Positions 10,085 to 22,523 are shown, counted from the first letter of the stretch. The stretch is DNA of 64,000 nucleotides from Candidatus Enterousia intestinigallinarum (GCA_018716885.1 DVJI01000009.1:7448-71447), one strand, 5' to 3'. Notes: a model not told the origin generated them from the sequence alone. Numbers and translations: made by a program.

Positions 10085-12166
10085 ATGTCAGTCGGAAAAA
10101 CCGCTCCTTTGAATATGTATCGCAATATTGGTATTATGGCCCATATTGACGCCGGTAAAACAACTACATCAGAACGTATTCTTTTCTATACAGGAAAAAC
10201 GTACAAAATCGGCGAAGTGCACGATGGTGGTGCGACTATGGACTGGATGGAACAGGAACAGGAACGTGGTATTACCATTACGTCCGCGGCAACAACTTGC
10301 TTTTGGCGCGATCACCGCATCAATCTGATTGATACGCCGGGACACGTGGACTTTACAATGGAAGTGGAACGTTCTTTGCGTGTTTTGGACGGTGCGGTCG
10401 CGGTTTTTGAATCTGTGTCCGGCGTTCAGCCCCAGACAGAAACTGTATGGCGTCAGGCAGACCGTTATAATGTTCCGCGTATTTGCTTCGTGAACAAAAT
10501 GGATCGTATTGGTGGTAATTTCTTCCGCTGTGTGGATATGATTCGTGAACGCTTGGGTGCAAATCCGTTGGTTGTAAATTTCCCGATTGGTGCAGAATCT
10601 GATTTCCGTGGCGTTGTCGATGTTGTCGAAATGCGTGGTATTGTTTGGGAAGACGATTTGGGCAAGGATCCCCACATCGTTGACATCCCGGATGATTTGA
10701 AGGAAAAAGCCGAAGAGCTGCACAACAAATTGATTGAAGAAGTCGTAACCCTGGACGACGATATTATGGAAGCGTATATGGAAGGTAACAAGCCCGATGT
10801 CGCAACCATTAAAAAACTGATACGCAAGGGTACGATTGCACAAAACTTTAACCCGGTTCTGTGTGGTACTGCATTTAAGAACAAGGGTGTTCAGCCGTTG
10901 TTGGACGCGATTGTTGATTATCTGCCCAGCCCGCTGGATATTCCGGCAATCAAGGGTACGGCGATGGATGGCGAAACTGTTATCGCGCGTCACGCGGATC
11001 CCAAGGAACCGTTCAGTGCACTGGCGTTCAAGGTTGCAAATGATCCGTTCGTTGGAAACCTGATGTTTATCCGTATTTATTCTGGTAAGCTGGTGTCCGG
11101 TTCGTACATCTATAATTCCAACCGTGATAAGCGTGAACGTGTTGGACGTATGTTGTTGATGCACGCAAATCAGCGTGAAGAAATCAAAGAAGCGTCTGCT
11201 GGTGACATTGTTACATTGGTTGGTATGAAGGAAACAATTACCGGTGATACGCTGTGCGATGAATCAAATCCGATTATTTTGGAAAACATCCACGTTCCAG
11301 ATCCGGTTATGAGCATTGCGGTTGAACCCAAGACCAAGGCCGACATTGAAAAAATGTCATTGGGTCTGCAGGCGTTGGCCAAGGAAGATCCGTCTTTCCG
11401 TGTATCTGTTGACGAAGAATCAGGTCAGACGATTTTGGCGGGTGTTGGTGAACTGCATCTGGAAATTTTGGTTGATCGTTTGCTGCGTGAATTTAAGGTT
11501 GATGTGAACGTTGGTGAACCGCGTATTGCATATCGCGAAACATTCAGCAAGCCGGTTACCGAAGAATATACCCATAAAAAACAGTCCGGTGGTTCCGGTC
11601 AGTATGCTCAGGTGAAGATTGAATTTGAACCATTGGAACCGGGCAAGGGTTATGAGTTCGAAAACAAGATTGTCGGCGGTGCAATTCCCAAGGAATATAT
11701 CCCCGGCGTTGAAAAGGGTTTGAAGATAGCGCAGCAGACAGGTGTTCTGATTGGCTATCCCACAGTGGATTTCAAGGCGACATTGGTTGACGGTAAATAT
11801 CACGAAGTCGATTCCAATGTATTGTGCTTTGAAATTGCGGCGCGTGCGTGCTTCCGCGAAGCAATGAAAAAAGCGGCGCCAAAATTGTTGGAACCGATTA
11901 TGAAACTTTCGGTTACTACGCCGGAAGAATATGTCGGTGACATCATTGGGGACCTGAACAGTCGTCGTGGACAAATCAACGGTATCGAAACACAGTTCGG
12001 TAATCAGATGATTTCAGCATACGTGCCACTGGCGAACTTGTTCGGATACGTCAAGACATTGCGTTCTTTGTCACAGGGGCGTGCAAATCCGTATATGGAA
12101 CTGTCGCACTATGATGAAGTGCCGAAAAATGTCGCAGACGAGGTTATAAAGAAGCTGACAAAATAA
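10085..12166 (+). CDS. fusA: elongation factor G
   Basis: 693 aa; G-domain motifs [22 protein letters not shown]. Confidence 0.97.
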   Translation: MSVGKTAPLNMYRNIGIMAHIDAGKTTTSERILFYTGKTYKIGEVHDGGATMDWMEQEQERGITITSAATTCFWRDHRINLIDTPGHVDFTMEVERSLRVLDGAVAVFESVSGVQPQTETVWRQADRYNVPRICFVNKMDRIGGNFFRCVDMIRERLGANPLVVNFPIGAESDFRGVVDVVEMRGIVWEDDLGKDPHIVDIPDDLKEKAEELHNKLIEEVVTLDDDIMEAYMEGNKPDVATIKKLIRKGTIAQNFNPVLCGTAFKNKGVQPLLDAIVDYLPSPLDIPAIKGTAMDGETVIARHADPKEPFSALAFKVANDPFVGNLMFIRIYSGKLVSGSYIYNSNRDKRERVGRMLLMHANQREEIKEASAGDIVTLVGMKETITGDTLCDESNPIILENIHVPDPVMSIAVEPKTKADIEKMSLGLQALAKEDPSFRVSVDEESGQTILAGVGELHLEILVDRLLREFKVDVNVGEPRIAYRETFSKPVTEEYTHKKQSGGSGQYAQVKIEFEPLEPGKGYEFENKIVGGAIPKEYIPGVEKGLKIAQQTGVLIGYPTVDFKATLVDGKYHEVDSNVLCFEIAARACFREAMKKAAPKLLEPIMKLSVTTPEEYVGDIIGDLNSRRGQINGIETQFGNQMISAYVPLANLFGYVKTLRSLSQGRANPYMELSHYDEVPKNVADEVIKKLTK

Positions 12167-12277
12167 AAAAATAATAAAAAAAGATTGTGATTTTTGATTT
12201 CTGGTTTATGATTTGATGTAATGAATCGGAAATCAGATTTCAGAAATCAAACTTAACAAAGCCCTAAGGAGAAAACT

Positions 12278-13465
12278 ATGGCAAAAGAAAAGTATGTAAG
12301 AACCAAGCCACACGTCAATATCGGTACTATTGGTCACGTTGACCACGGTAAGACGACTTTGACGGCCGCTATCGTTCACTACTATGGCGTTGGTGCCGAC
12401 CAGGCCAAGGGTGTCGATCAAATCGACAATGCGCCGGAAGAACGCGCACGTGGTATAACAATCAACACCGCGCACGTTGAATACGAAACAGAACATCGTC
12501 ATTATGCGCACGTTGACTGCCCGGGACACGCGGACTATGTTAAAAATATGATTACTGGTGCCGCGCAGATGGACGGTGCTATTCTGGTTGTTGCCGCGAC
12601 CGATGGTCCGATGCCGCAGACACGTGAACACATCCTGTTGGCGCGTCAGGTTGGTATTCCAAAAATCGTTGTTTATCTGAACAAGTGCGATTTGGCCAAC
12701 GATCCGGAACTGTTGGAATTGGTTGAAATGGAAATTCGTGAACTGTTGTCTGCGAACGATTTCGATGGCGAAAATGTGCCAATCATTCGTGGTTCTGCAG
12801 TTTCCGCATTGGAAGGCAAAAACGACGGTTTGGGCAAAGAATCCATCGATGCGCTGTTGAAGGCGTGCGATGAATACATCCCGCTGCCGGAACGTCCGGT
12901 TGACAAGCCGTTCTTGATGCCGATTGAAGACGTGTTCTCTATCACTGGTCGTGGTACCGTTGTTACCGGTCGTATCGAAGCCGGCACGGTCAAGGTTGGT
13001 GATGAATGCGAAATCGTCGGTCTGCGTCCGACACAGAAAACAACTGTTACCGGTGTTGAAATGTTCCGCAAATTGCTGGATCAGGGTGAAGCCGGTGATA
13101 ACGTTGGTCTGTTGCTGCGCGGTACCAAGAAGGAAGATGTTGAACGTGGCCAGATTATCTGCAAGCCGGGTTCCATCACACCGCACACAGATTTCGAAGC
13201 TGAAGTTTATATTCTGACCAAGGAAGAAGGTGGACGTCATACTGCGTTCTTCAGCAACTATCGTCCGCAGTTCTACTTCAGCACAACAGACGTAACAGGT
13301 ACAATCACGCTGCCGGCTGACAAAGAAATGGTTCTGCCGGGGGACAACGTTCGTATCACGGTGCAACTGATTGCTCCGATTGCTATGGACGAAGGTCGTC
13401 GCTTTGCTATCCGTGAAGGCGGACGCACAGTTGGCGCAGGCGTTGTATCGAAGATCATCAAATAA
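12278..13465 (+). CDS. tuf: elongation factor Tu
   Basis: 395 aa; [25 protein letters not shown]; lies between fusA and rpsJ. Confidence 0.97.
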   Translation: MAKEKYVRTKPHVNIGTIGHVDHGKTTLTAAIVHYYGVGADQAKGVDQIDNAPEERARGITINTAHVEYETEHRHYAHVDCPGHADYVKNMITGAAQMDGAILVVAATDGPMPQTREHILLARQVGIPKIVVYLNKCDLANDPELLELVEMEIRELLSANDFDGENVPIIRGSAVSALEGKNDGLGKESIDALLKACDEYIPLPERPVDKPFLMPIEDVFSITGRGTVVTGRIEAGTVKVGDECEIVGLRPTQKTTVTGVEMFRKLLDQGEAGDNVGLLLRGTKKEDVERGQIICKPGSITPHTDFEAEVYILTKEEGGRHTAFFSNYRPQFYFSTTDVTGTITLPADKEMVLPGDNVRITVQLIAPIAMDEGRRFAIREGGRTVGAGVVSKIIK

Positions 13466-13548
13466 TAAACAAAATGTCGCGGGTCGGTGTAACTGGATGA
13501 AAAACGCCAGTGATTACCGGCCCGGATAACGATAAGGAAAACGAACAA

Positions 13549-13860
13549 ATGGTACCAGCATCTAAAATTCGCATCAAATTGACAGCGTTTGACCACAGGG
13601 TCTTGATGGAATCTGTGGATGAAATAGTCAAAACTGCAAAGCGCACAGGCGCGGATGTAGTTGGACCCGTTCGCTTGCCGACATTGATTAAGAAATTTAC
13701 TGTGAACCGTTCGCCTCACGTCGACAAAAAGTCGCGCGAACAATTCGAAATTCGCAATCACAAAGCGGTTGTTGATATCGTGAATCCAACCCCTCAGACA
13801 GTAGATGCATTGATGAAGTTGGATTTGGCGTCCGGTGTTGATGTAAAGATTAAATTGTAA
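13549..13860 (+). CDS. rpsJ: 30S ribosomal protein S10
   Basis: [18 protein letters not shown]... S10 signature; ATG at 13549 preceded by aagga (the ORF-track start 13510 is a GTG). Confidence 0.9.
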   Translation: MVPASKIRIKLTAFDHRVLMESVDEIVKTAKRTGADVVGPVRLPTLIKKFTVNRSPHVDKKSREQFEIRNHKAVVDIVNPTPQTVDALMKLDLASGVDVKIKL

Positions 13861-13932
13861 AGTGTTTGTGTTGGGCGTACGTAAATATGGTGTGTACAGG
13901 CGTCCAACCTACTAACGAATAAAGGCAAAAAA

Positions 13933-14661
13933 ATGAAACGTAGCGGTTTAATAACAACAAAAATAGGTATGACTCGTTTGTATGACGACGCCGGTGTGGC
14001 GCACGCAGTGACGGTTTTGTCCGTTGGTGACTGTGCGGTTATCGGCAATCGTACAATGGACAAGAACGGTTATGTCGCGAATATTTTGGGTATGCGCGAA
14101 GCAAAAGCTAAACATATTGCAAAACCACAGGCCGTCGCCGCCCAAAAAGCCGGCGTAAAGCCGTATCGCAAGGTTGTTGAATTTCGTGTCTCGGACGATT
14201 GTGTAATTCCGGCGGGAACGGAATTGTCTGCGTCTCATTTTGTTGCCGGTCAATTCGTCGATGTCCAGGCGACCAGCAAGGGTAAAGGATTCCAGGGCGC
14301 TATGAAACGTCATAACTTTGGCGGTAAAGAAGCGACCCACGGTGTTTTGAAGGCGCATCGTTCCATCGGTGGTACGGGTATGCGCGAATGGCCGGGACGC
14401 GTTCTGAAGGGTAAAAAAATGGCGGGACAGATGGGTAATGAAACTGTCACCGTTCAGAATCTGAAGGTTTTCGGTGTCGATGACGCAGATAATCTGATTT
14501 TCGTTGAAGGCGCAGTTCCGGGCGCAAACGGCACATTTGTGTTGGTTGTCGATGCGGTTAAAAAAGAACAGGCAGATCTGCCAATTCCGACAAAAATGAA
14601 GGTTGCACAATCCGCGGAACAACCAGCGGCTGAACCCGAAGCAGAAACTGTTGCGGAATAA
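13933..14661 (+). CDS. rplC: 50S ribosomal protein L3
   Basis: 242 aa; L3 family; FVAGQFVDVQATSKGKGFQGAMKRHNF. Confidence 0.95.
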   Translation: MKRSGLITTKIGMTRLYDDAGVAHAVTVLSVGDCAVIGNRTMDKNGYVANILGMREAKAKHIAKPQAVAAQKAGVKPYRKVVEFRVSDDCVIPAGTELSASHFVAGQFVDVQATSKGKGFQGAMKRHNFGGKEATHGVLKAHRSIGGTGMREWPGRVLKGKKMAGQMGNETVTVQNLKVFGVDDADNLIFVEGAVPGANGTFVLVVDAVKKEQADLPIPTKMKVAQSAEQPAAEPEAETVAE

Positions 14662-14695
14662 TTCAGGTGGCAGCAGATAGAGTAAGGTGGAAAAA

Positions 14696-15316
14696 ATGCA
14701 AATAGACGTTATAAATTTTGATGGCAAGTCGGTCGGCAAGGTTGAACTGGCAGACCAGATTTTTGGAATCAATGCGCGCGCAGATATTCTGCATCGTGTT
14801 GTTACCTGGCAGCGTGCTAAGTCACGTGCAGGTACGCACGCGGTAAAGACCGTTTCCGATGTCGCGGGCAGCGGTAAAAAAGCGTTCAAGCAGAAAAAAA
14901 CCGGTAACGCGCGTCAGGGTGAAAGATACAACGTACATATGCGCGGCGGTGGTGTTGTTCACGGACCTGTTGTTCGTGACCACGCGATTGATCTGCCGAA
15001 AAAGATTCGTGCGTTGGGACTGAAAATGGCGTTGTCGTCCAAGGCAAAAGATGGAAATCTGATTGTTATTGATTCCGAAAAATTGCCAGCGGCCAAGACA
15101 GCGGCGTTTGCAAAGCAACTGAAAAAGTTGAACTTGACGTCAGCATTGTTTGTTGGCGGGGCTCAGTTGGATGAAAACTTCCAGAAATCCGCAGCGAATA
15201 TTCCGAATATTGACGCGTTGCCGACAATTGGTTTGAATGTTTTGGATATTCTGAATCACGACAAACTGGTTTTGACGGCCGATGCAGTCAAAGCGGTGGA
15301 GGCGCGTTTGGCATAA
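14696..15316 (+). CDS. rplD: 50S ribosomal protein L4
   Basis: L4 family; ATG at 14696 preceded by aaggtgg (track start 14687 is GTG). Confidence 0.9.
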   Translation: MQIDVINFDGKSVGKVELADQIFGINARADILHRVVTWQRAKSRAGTHAVKTVSDVAGSGKKAFKQKKTGNARQGERYNVHMRGGGVVHGPVVRDHAIDLPKKIRALGLKMALSSKAKDGNLIVIDSEKLPAAKTAAFAKQLKKLNLTSALFVGGAQLDENFQKSAANIPNIDALPTIGLNVLDILNHDKLVLTADAVKAVEARLA

Positions 15317-15357
15317 TTATACTATGTCGATAACGCAAGACGAAAAGGTATAACAAA

Positions 15358-15690
15358 ATGGCAGAAAAGAAAGTTACATCAGAGAAAAAAGTCGTGCGCA
15401 CCGCTGGTATTTATGATATACTGCGTCGCCCGATAATCTCGGAAAAGGCGGCAAAGCTGTCCGAAAGCAACGGTGTTGCGTTCGAAGTTGCGGCAAACGC
15501 GACCAAGGCGGATGTTGCACGTGCCGTCCAGGCAATTTACAATGTAAAACCGATCAAGGTGAACATTGTTGTTGTCAAGGGCAAAGAAAAATCTTTCCGT
15601 GGCCGTGGTACCGGTACACAGCGTACTGTTAAAAAGGCGTATGTGTCCCTGCCGGCGGATGCGAAATTGGATTTGTCCGCAAACATATAA
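15358..15690 (+). CDS. rplW: 50S ribosomal protein L23
   Basis: 110 aa; L23 family and position. Confidence 0.9.
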   Translation: MAEKKVTSEKKVVRTAGIYDILRRPIISEKAAKLSESNGVAFEVAANATKADVARAVQAIYNVKPIKVNIVVVKGKEKSFRGRGTGTQRTVKKAYVSLPADAKLDLSANI

Positions 15691-15770
15691 ATAACAATGA
15701 AATCGCCACGGCAGAGAACCCGTAAATAAAATGGATGTTAGTGTCGTGGCAGAAACAAAGGTAAGAAAAA

Positions 15771-16604
15771 ATGGCATTAAAGCATTATAAGCCGACAACA
15801 CCGGGTACGCGTGGTTTGACTCAGGTTGACCGCAGTGAACTGCATCGCGGCGCACCGGAAAAGGCGTTGACGGTTGGTTTGAAGTCCAAGGGTGGACGTA
15901 ATAATTTTGGTCACGTTACCGTTATGCATCAGGGTGGCGGACACAAGCGCAAATATCGTCTGATTGATTTCGCGCGCAAGAAAAAGGGTGTTCCAGCGAC
16001 GGTTGTTCGTTTGGAATACGATCCGAACCGCACGGCGTTTATCGCATTGATTGAATACACGGACGGTGCGCGTTCTTATATATTGGCGCCGCGTGATTTG
16101 AAGGCGGGCGATGTTGTCATTTCCGGCGAACGCGAAGATATCAAGCCGGGTAATGCAATGCCATTGAAAAATATGCCAATCGGTACAATTGTGCATAATG
16201 TTGAGTTGAAGCCGGGTGCTGGTGGCCAGTTGGCACGCAGCGCGGGTTGCTATGCACAGTTGATGGGTAAGGACGGTGTCTATGCCCAGATTAAAATGAA
16301 CAGCGGTGAACTGCGCAAGGTTCATTCCGATTGTATGGCGACGGTCGGCAGTGTTTCTAACCCCGATCAACGCAATGTCAACTTGGGCAAGGCCGGTCGT
16401 GCACGCTGGTTGGGCATTCGTCCGTCAGTTCGCGGTATGGCGCAGAACCCGGTTGATCACCCGATGGGTGGTGGTAATGGTCATTCCAAGGGCCACGAAC
16501 CGGTATCACGTACAGGTATTCCGGCCAAGGGATATCGTACCCGTAGCAATAAACGTACTGCAAAGATGATTATCCGCAGCAGACATTTGGCAAAGAAAAA
16601 ATAA
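15771..16604 (+). CDS. rplB: 50S ribosomal protein L2
   Basis: 277 aa; GGGHKRKYR and [17 protein letters not shown]2 signatures. Confidence 0.97.
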   Translation: MALKHYKPTTPGTRGLTQVDRSELHRGAPEKALTVGLKSKGGRNNFGHVTVMHQGGGHKRKYRLIDFARKKKGVPATVVRLEYDPNRTAFIALIEYTDGARSYILAPRDLKAGDVVISGEREDIKPGNAMPLKNMPIGTIVHNVELKPGAGGQLARSAGCYAQLMGKDGVYAQIKMNSGELRKVHSDCMATVGSVSNPDQRNVNLGKAGRARWLGIRPSVRGMAQNPVDHPMGGGNGHSKGHEPVSRTGIPAKGYRTRSNKRTAKMIIRSRHLAKKK

Positions 16605-16626
16605 TAAGTAAAAAACGGAGTAATTG

Positions 16627-16911
16627 ATGTCTCGTTCAGTATGGAAAGGTCCTTATGTTCATCCGTCCATCTTGAAAAAGGTTGCGGCGGCAAATGAAAA
16701 AAATGATCATAAGCCGATAAAGACCTGGTCACGCGGCAGCACTATCGTACCGCCGATGGTTGGTTTGACGTTTGAAGTTCACAATGGAAATAAATTCATT
16801 CCGGTGTCCATCGTCGAAGATATGATTGGCCACAAATTGGGTGAATTTGCGCCGACACGTACGTTCAAGGGTCACGCGGCAAATAAAAAAGCGGCGGCCG
16901 CCAAAAAATAA
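16627..16911 (+). CDS. rpsS: 30S ribosomal protein S19
   Basis: [11 protein letters not shown]... S19; ATG at 16627 (track start 16624 is TTG). Confidence 0.93.
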   Translation: MSRSVWKGPYVHPSILKKVAAANEKNDHKPIKTWSRGSTIVPPMVGLTFEVHNGNKFIPVSIVEDMIGHKLGEFAPTRTFKGHAANKKAAAAKK

Positions 16912-16956
16912 TAATTTCCGGCCCCAAACTGGAACATAAATAATAGGGTAACAGTT

Positions 16957-17376
16957 ATGACAACGACAAGATATGGAATTAAAGATAATCAAGTGCGTGC
17001 GTTCAACAAAATGATACGTATCAGCCACCAGAAATTGAATCTGGTTTGTGATATGGTACGTGGTCTGCCGGTTGATCGTGCAATCGATGTCTTGAAATTT
17101 TCTAAAAAGCGCGTATCTGGCGAAGTTCTGAAAACTTTGTTGTCGGCCATCGCAAATGCAGAACACAATAAAAATCTGCCGGTGGAAAGTTTGTACATCA
17201 AAGAAATTTGGTGTGGCAAGGCACTGACAATGAAGCGTATTTTCCCAGGACCGCGCGGAAGTGCTCGTCCGATTTTGAAACCTTTTTCAAATCTGACGAT
17301 TGTTTTGGAATCGGGCGTTGCGCCGACCAAAAAGGCACCAAAGGCAAAAACAGTAAAAAAAGAAAAGGCAAAATAA
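16957..17376 (+). CDS. rplV: 50S ribosomal protein L22
   Basis: 139 aa; L22 family with a Lys-rich C-terminal tail. Confidence 0.9.
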   Translation: MTTTRYGIKDNQVRAFNKMIRISHQKLNLVCDMVRGLPVDRAIDVLKFSKKRVSGEVLKTLLSAIANAEHNKNLPVESLYIKEIWCGKALTMKRIFPGPRGSARPILKPFSNLTIVLESGVAPTKKAPKAKTVKKEKAK

Positions 17377-17471
17377 TAAATACGGTCGGTGGTATGGGGC
17401 GATGGTTCCTGAATAAAGATTCTTGCCAAATCTTCAAGAACACCGACCGAAAACAGTAAGGAAAAAATAAA

Positions 17472-18173
17472 ATGGGACAGAAAGTATCACCTATCTCGTT
17501 GCGTGAATTTATAAACAAGGTAACAGATTCGCGCTGGATTGCGGGCAAAAAGGACTATGCAAATTTGCTGGCCGAAGATATCAAAATCCGCAAGTTTATT
17601 GAAAAGAAATTAAAAAAAGCCGGTTTGGCCAAGGTTGTTATCGAACGCTTTGCCAAAAAGGTTGTGGTTACAATCCACACATCTCGTCCGGGTATGATTA
17701 TCGGTAAAAACGGTGCCGATATCGAAGCGTTGCGCAACGATATTAAAAAGTTGGTGAAAAATGACCAGGTCGTTGTCAATATTTATGAAGTTCGTCGTCC
17801 GGACTTGAACGCGCAATTAGTTGCGCAGAACATCGCGCAACAAATCGAAGGCCGTGTTTCCTTCAAACGCGCAATGAAAAAGGCCGTCCAGAACGCCACC
17901 AAGGCCGGCGCCCAGGGTATCAAGGTTATGTGCTCGGGCCGTCTGAACGGTGCGGAAATCGCCCGTAGTGAACAAATCCGCGAAGGTCGTATTCCGCTGC
18001 ATACATTGCGTGCTGATATTGACTATGCGTCAATTCAGGCAAAAACAACGTACGGCGTTATCGGTGTAAAGGTTTGGATTTATACCGGCGACGTAGTGAA
18101 CAAGGAAAAGCTGGCATCTGAAATGGCGCGTCCCGCCGAATATGCCGGCAGCAGCGAAAGAAAAAGCAAGTAA
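17472..18173 (+). CDS. rpsC: 30S ribosomal protein S3
   Basis: 233 aa; [11 protein letters not shown]... KH domain S3. Confidence 0.95.
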   Translation: MGQKVSPISLREFINKVTDSRWIAGKKDYANLLAEDIKIRKFIEKKLKKAGLAKVVIERFAKKVVVTIHTSRPGMIIGKNGADIEALRNDIKKLVKNDQVVVNIYEVRRPDLNAQLVAQNIAQQIEGRVSFKRAMKKAVQNATKAGAQGIKVMCSGRLNGAEIARSEQIREGRIPLHTLRADIDYASIQAKTTYGVIGVKVWIYTGDVVNKEKLASEMARPAEYAGSSERKSK

Positions 18174-18242
18174 TTTTTGACGGTCATCTATATGGTGCCG
18201 GTAAAATCAAAAATTAAACCAAGAAATTAAAAGGTAGTTATT

Positions 18243-18656
18243 ATGTTGATGCCAAATAAGACAAAATTTCGCAAACAGCACAAAGGACGTATTCACGGCG
18301 TCGCCAAGGGCGGCAGCGAATTGGCGTTCGGTTCCTTTGGCTTAAAAGCGATGACGCCGGAACGTGTTACCGCGCGTCAGATAGAAGCCGCACGTCGCGC
18401 AATTACGCGTCATATGCGCCGTATGGGTAAGCTGTGGATTCGTGTGTTCCCGGATGTTCCGGTAACTAAAAAGCCCGCAGAAGTCCGTATGGGTAAAGGT
18501 AAGGGTGCGGTTGAATACTGGATTTGCCGTGTAAAGCCGGGTCGTATTTTGTTCGAACTGGACGGTGTAAAACCGGAGGTTGCATACGAAGCGTTCGCTT
18601 TGGCGGCGGCGAAATTGCCGGTTAAAACCAAGGTTGTTGAACGCAAGGTCAACTAA
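18243..18656 (+). CDS. rplP: 50S ribosomal protein L16
   Basis: 137 aa; [17 protein letters not shown]16 N-terminus. Confidence 0.95.
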   Translation: MLMPNKTKFRKQHKGRIHGVAKGGSELAFGSFGLKAMTPERVTARQIEAARRAITRHMRRMGKLWIRVFPDVPVTKKPAEVRMGKGKGAVEYWICRVKPGRILFELDGVKPEVAYEAFALAAAKLPVKTKVVERKVN

Positions 18657-18705
18657 TTCATAATCCACACCGCGGCCACGCGGGGCAGGGCAAAAAGGTT
18701 AAAAA

Positions 18706-18900
18706 ATGGCAGAAAAGAAAGTTGAAAAAGAATCTTTGACAGCAGAGGCATTGCAAAGCAAACTGGAAAATCTGAAAAAAGAACAGATGAACCAGCGCTT
18801 TCAGCACGCAGCGGGCCAGATGCCGAAAACACACGTTATGCGTCAGACCCGTCGCGAAATCGCACGCGTGAAAACTCAAATAAACGCTGCGAAAAAATAA
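18706..18900 (+). CDS. rpmC: 50S ribosomal protein L29
   Basis: 64 aa; L29 family and position. Confidence 0.85.
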   Translation: MAEKKVEKESLTAEALQSKLENLKKEQMNQRFQHAAGQMPKTHVMRQTRREIARVKTQINAAKK

Positions 18901-19038
18901 AAATTGCCGATTTTTGTTGAGATTTCTAAATTTTTAGTTATCATATGGCGAAATCGGATAAAAAAGGTGGTTGATTTGTGCGGTCATTTTTATACTGATA
19001 CGTGCAAATTGGAACAAATGATATAAGGGACAAAAGTT

Positions 19039-19308
19039 ATGCCAAGACGTATACTGCAGGGAACAGTTAAAAGTACAGCAAATGACAAAACTGTCGTTGT
19101 AGAAGTTGAACGCCGTTTCCGTCATCCGTTGTACGGTAAGTTCGTAAAGCAGAATAAAAAATACAAGGCGCACGATGAAAACAACGAATACAAGGTTGGT
19201 GATATCGTCGCTATTGAAGAGCATCGTCCGATTTCCAAGACAAAATCTTGGGTCGTAAAGGGTCGTGTCGGTGTTTCCAAGGACGAGGCCGTAGAGGTCA
19301 CGGACTAA
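19039..19308 (+). CDS. rpsQ: 30S ribosomal protein S17
   Basis: 89 aa; RILQGTVKS...KTVVV S17. Confidence 0.93.
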   Translation: MPRRILQGTVKSTANDKTVVVEVERRFRHPLYGKFVKQNKKYKAHDENNEYKVGDIVAIEEHRPISKTKSWVVKGRVGVSKDEAVEVTD

Positions 19309-19417
19309 CATTGTAAAGCAATGGTCACAACAGGTTCTTTGAGGCGTGATACGCAGTCGGAACCTATAACAAAGCGGCGGGGGATTGCCCCGCACGCAGG
19401 ATAAAAGGTGAAGTGTT

Positions 19418-19792
19418 ATGATACAAAATGAAACAGTTATGACAGTTGCCGATAACTCTGGTGCGCGCAAAGCAATGTGCATCAAGGTTTTGGGTGGTTC
19501 TCATCGTCGCTATGCGACGGTTGGCGACAAAATCGTTGTCGCAATCAAAGAAGCGATTCCACGCGGCAAAGTACAAAAAGGTACGGTTCAGCGTGCAATT
19601 ATCGTTCGTACCAAGTTCCCGGTAAAACGTCCGGACGGTTCAATTATTCGCTTTGACGACAATGCGGTTGTGCTGATAAACAAAAACAACTTTGAACCGA
19701 TTGGCACACGTATCTTTGGACCGATTGCGCGTGAAGTTCGCCGCAAATACGACGTTCAGAAAATTGTATCTTTGGCGCCAGAAGTGATATAA
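19418..19792 (+). CDS. rplN: 50S ribosomal protein L14
   Basis: [19 protein letters not shown]14 N-terminus. Confidence 0.95.
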   Translation: MIQNETVMTVADNSGARKAMCIKVLGGSHRRYATVGDKIVVAIKEAIPRGKVQKGTVQRAIIVRTKFPVKRPDGSIIRFDDNAVVLINKNNFEPIGTRIFGPIAREVRRKYDVQKIVSLAPEVI

Positions 19793-19829
19793 TTACACGG
19801 GCCAAATGCAACAGACAAAGGGTTATGAA

Positions 19830-20132
19830 ATGAAAATCAAGAAAGGCGATGAAGTCGTAGTTATTTCGGGAAAATTCAAGGGCGTCAAGGGCAAGGTTTT
19901 GCAGGCGCGTCCGTCTGAATCCCGTGTCGTGGTCGAAGGTGTCAACCGTCATAAATGGCACATAAAGCCGACCCAGGAACAGCCCGGTCATATCGTTGAC
20001 CGCGAAGCCCCGATTCACGTTTCCAACGTTGCCTTGGTCGATCCAAAGACCAAAAAGGCGTCTCGCGTTGGATACAAAATTGATGGCGATAAAAAGGTTC
20101 GCATTGCAAAAAAATCCGGTGCGGAATTATAA
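19830..20132 (+). CDS. rplX: 50S ribosomal protein L24
   Basis: [21 protein letters not shown] motif; the ATG at 19830 has aaggg upstream; an alternative in-frame ATG lies at 19806. Confidence 0.88.
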   Translation: MKIKKGDEVVVISGKFKGVKGKVLQARPSESRVVVEGVNRHKWHIKPTQEQPGHIVDREAPIHVSNVALVDPKTKKASRVGYKIDGDKKVRIAKKSGAEL

Positions 20133-20182
20133 GGAAAAACTGGTTCCCGCTGTTACGGGGACAAAACGTTAAGGAATAAAAA

Positions 20183-20728
20183 ATGCAAAGCAGATTGCGT
20201 GAAATTTATGAAAAGCAAATTGTGCCCGAATTAGTTAAAGAATTCGGATACAAGAATCAGTTCGAAGTACCGAAACTGACAAAAATTGTATTGAATATGG
20301 GTGTCGGTGAAGCGGTTTCTGATAAAAAGAAACTGGATTCCGCGGCCGCGGACTTGACAGCGATTGCCGCGCAGAAGTCCGTTATCACACGCGCGAAAAA
20401 ATCCATCGCAACGTATCGTCTGCGCGAAGGTCAGCCCATCGGTACCAAGGTTACATTGCGCGGTAAAAGAATGTATGATTTTCTGGATAAGTTGATTACT
20501 GTTGCGTTGCCGCGTGTAAAGGATTTCCGTGGTCTGTCTAAATCAAAGTTTGACGGACGTGGCAACTATGCGTTCGGTATCAAGGAACACCTGATATTCC
20601 CGGAAATTTCCGTTGATAAAATTGATGCGATTCGCGGGATGGACATCGTCATCGCAACAACGGCAAAAACAGATGACGAAGCGCGTGCACTGCTGACCAA
20701 AATCGGCCTGCCGCTGGTTCTGAAATAA
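20183..20728 (+). CDS. rplE: 50S ribosomal protein L5
   Basis: 181 aa; L5 family. Confidence 0.95.
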   Translation: MQSRLREIYEKQIVPELVKEFGYKNQFEVPKLTKIVLNMGVGEAVSDKKKLDSAAADLTAIAAQKSVITRAKKSIATYRLREGQPIGTKVTLRGKRMYDFLDKLITVALPRVKDFRGLSKSKFDGRGNYAFGIKEHLIFPEISVDKIDAIRGMDIVIATTAKTDDEARALLTKIGLPLVLK

Positions 20729-20744
20729 TAAAAGGTAAGTAAAG

Positions 20745-21047
20745 ATGGCTAAATTAGCGTTGATAAACAAACAGAAAAAACGTGAAAAAATGGTCGCCCA
20801 GTACGCTAAAAAACGCGAAGCAATCAAGGCGAAAATGTCTGTGAACGCGACGCCCGACGAACGTATGGACGCGATGAAGAAATTAGCAAAATTGCCGCGT
20901 AATGCGAACCCGACCCGTTTGCATAATCGTTGCGCGGTGACGGGACGTGCACGCGGTTATTTCCGTCTGTTCGGTCTGTGCCGTCAGCAGGTTCGTACTA
21001 TGGCGTCCGAAGGTAAACTGCCGGGTGTACGCAAGTCCAGCTGGTAA
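20745..21047 (+). CDS. rpsN: 30S ribosomal protein S14
   Basis: 100 aa; long-type (non-zinc) S14, ...RNRCAVTGRARG. Confidence 0.93.
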   Translation: MAKLALINKQKKREKMVAQYAKKREAIKAKMSVNATPDERMDAMKKLAKLPRNANPTRLHNRCAVTGRARGYFRLFGLCRQQVRTMASEGKLPGVRKSSW

Positions 21048-21124
21048 TTTTGCAAATATTAAAACCCAGTTGTGGACAATGCAGCTGGTTGTGACAATTT
21101 GTCACGTAACAAGGAGTACAAAAG

Positions 21125-21523
21125 ATGTCATTATCACACCCAATCGGAGATATGCTGACCCGTATTCGTAATGGTCAGAATGCCGGTAAAGAATTTGTAA
21201 CTGTCCCGAACAGCAAACTGCGTGCAGCAGTTCTGGCCGTGTTAAAGGACGAAGGTTTTATCACTGATTTCCGCAAAGAACAAATTGACGAACATCGTGC
21301 CAATTTGGTTATTGAATTGAAGTATGTCGGCGGAAATGGTGCTATCCAGGAAATCACAGTCGTTTCAAAGCCGGGACGTCGTGTCTATTCCGGCAGTGCA
21401 AAAATGCCAAAGGTTTTGAACGGTTTGGGTATCGCGATTGTTTCTACGCCAAACGGGGTTATGACTGATCACAAGGCGCGCCTGATGAACGTCGGCGGTG
21501 AAGTATTGTGCAAGGTTATCTAA
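21125..21523 (+). CDS. rpsH: 30S ribosomal protein S8
   Basis: 132 aa; MSLSHPIGDMLTRIRN S8. Confidence 0.95.
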   Translation: MSLSHPIGDMLTRIRNGQNAGKEFVTVPNSKLRAAVLAVLKDEGFITDFRKEQIDEHRANLVIELKYVGGNGAIQEITVVSKPGRRVYSGSAKMPKVLNGLGIAIVSTPNGVMTDHKARLMNVGGEVLCKVI

Positions 21524-21544
21524 TATTATAGTGAGGATTGAATT

Positions 21545-22096
21545 ATGTCTCGTGCAGGAAAACATCCAGTTAAACTGAAAGAGGGCGTATCGGCCGTAAT
21601 TGCGGACGACGTTCTGACTATCAAGGGCCCCAAGGGCGAAATCAAGATTCCGCTGACAACTAAAAACGCCGGATTGGTTGATATTGTTGTTGAAGCAGAT
21701 CAGGTTACCGTTACACCAAAGGATGCCGAAGATAAAACATCACGCGCAATGTGGGGGACTATGACCCGCAATGTTCGTGCTGCTGTCGAAGGCGTCACCG
21801 ATGGCTTTGCCAAGGATATGTATATGAAGGGTGTTGGTTACAAGGCGTCTGTCAGTGGTAACAAGTTGGTTTTGGTCGCGGGTTATTCTCACGATGTTAT
21901 TATGGAAATCCCGGCGGGGCTGACCGTTCAGATGGGTGAAACACCGACTGAATTTTCTATCCGCGGTGTTGATAAGTGCCTGGTCGGTCAATTTGCGGAC
22001 AAAGTTCACAAGGTTCGTCGCGTTGACCCGTACAAGGGCAAGGGGATTTTCTATAAGGGTGAAAGAATCCGCCGCAAAGAAGGTAAAAAGAAATAA
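21545..22096 (+). CDS. rplF: 50S ribosomal protein L6
   Basis: 183 aa; MSRAGKHPV L6. Confidence 0.95.
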   Translation: MSRAGKHPVKLKEGVSAVIADDVLTIKGPKGEIKIPLTTKNAGLVDIVVEADQVTVTPKDAEDKTSRAMWGTMTRNVRAAVEGVTDGFAKDMYMKGVGYKASVSGNKLVLVAGYSHDVIMEIPAGLTVQMGETPTEFSIRGVDKCLVGQFADKVHKVRRVDPYKGKGIFYKGERIRRKEGKKK

Positions 22097-22144
22097 TAAA
22101 TAGGTAATTCCCGCTGTTACGGGGATTGGAAAAAAGGAAACAAA

Positions 22145-22501
22145 ATGTTGAAACATTTGTCTACAGAAGAAAGACGTACACTGGCAAATCGCAGTGCGTT
22201 GAAAAGAAAGAACCCGGGCAAAATCCGTCTGTCGGTTTTCCGTTCGGGTCGTCACATTGAAATCCAGGCCATCGATGATGTAAAGGGGCACACTGTATGT
22301 GCAGCATCGTCCAAGGAAAAAGATTTCAAGGGCAAGGGCTGGAATATTGCCGGTGCCGAAATGGTTGGCAAGGCGTTTGCCGAACGTGCGGTCAAGGCAA
22401 AAATCGCCGACAACTGCTATTTTGATCGTGGGGGATATCGCTATCACGGCCGTATCAAGGCACTGTGTGAAGCTATCCGCGCGGGTGGCGTCAGAATTTA
22501 A
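22145..22501 (+). CDS. rplR: 50S ribosomal protein L18
   Basis: 118 aa; L18 family. Confidence 0.92.
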   Translation: MLKHLSTEERRTLANRSALKRKNPGKIRLSVFRSGRHIEIQAIDDVKGHTVCAASSKEKDFKGKGWNIAGAEMVGKAFAERAVKAKIADNCYFDRGGYRYHGRIKALCEAIRAGGVRI

Positions 22502-22523
22502 TCGGTAATATACGGAGTTTATT

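Noticed and set aside
10169-11164. 331-aa ORF on the minus strand
   Set aside because: Entirely antisense to fusA, whose sense frame is unambiguously EF-G; typical shadow ORF in a GC-biased coding region.
12233-13366. 377-aa ORF on the minus strand
   Set aside because: Antisense to tuf (EF-Tu); no RBS or family resemblance.
13948-14889. 313-aa ORF on the minus strand
   Set aside because: Antisense to rplC and rplD; spurious.
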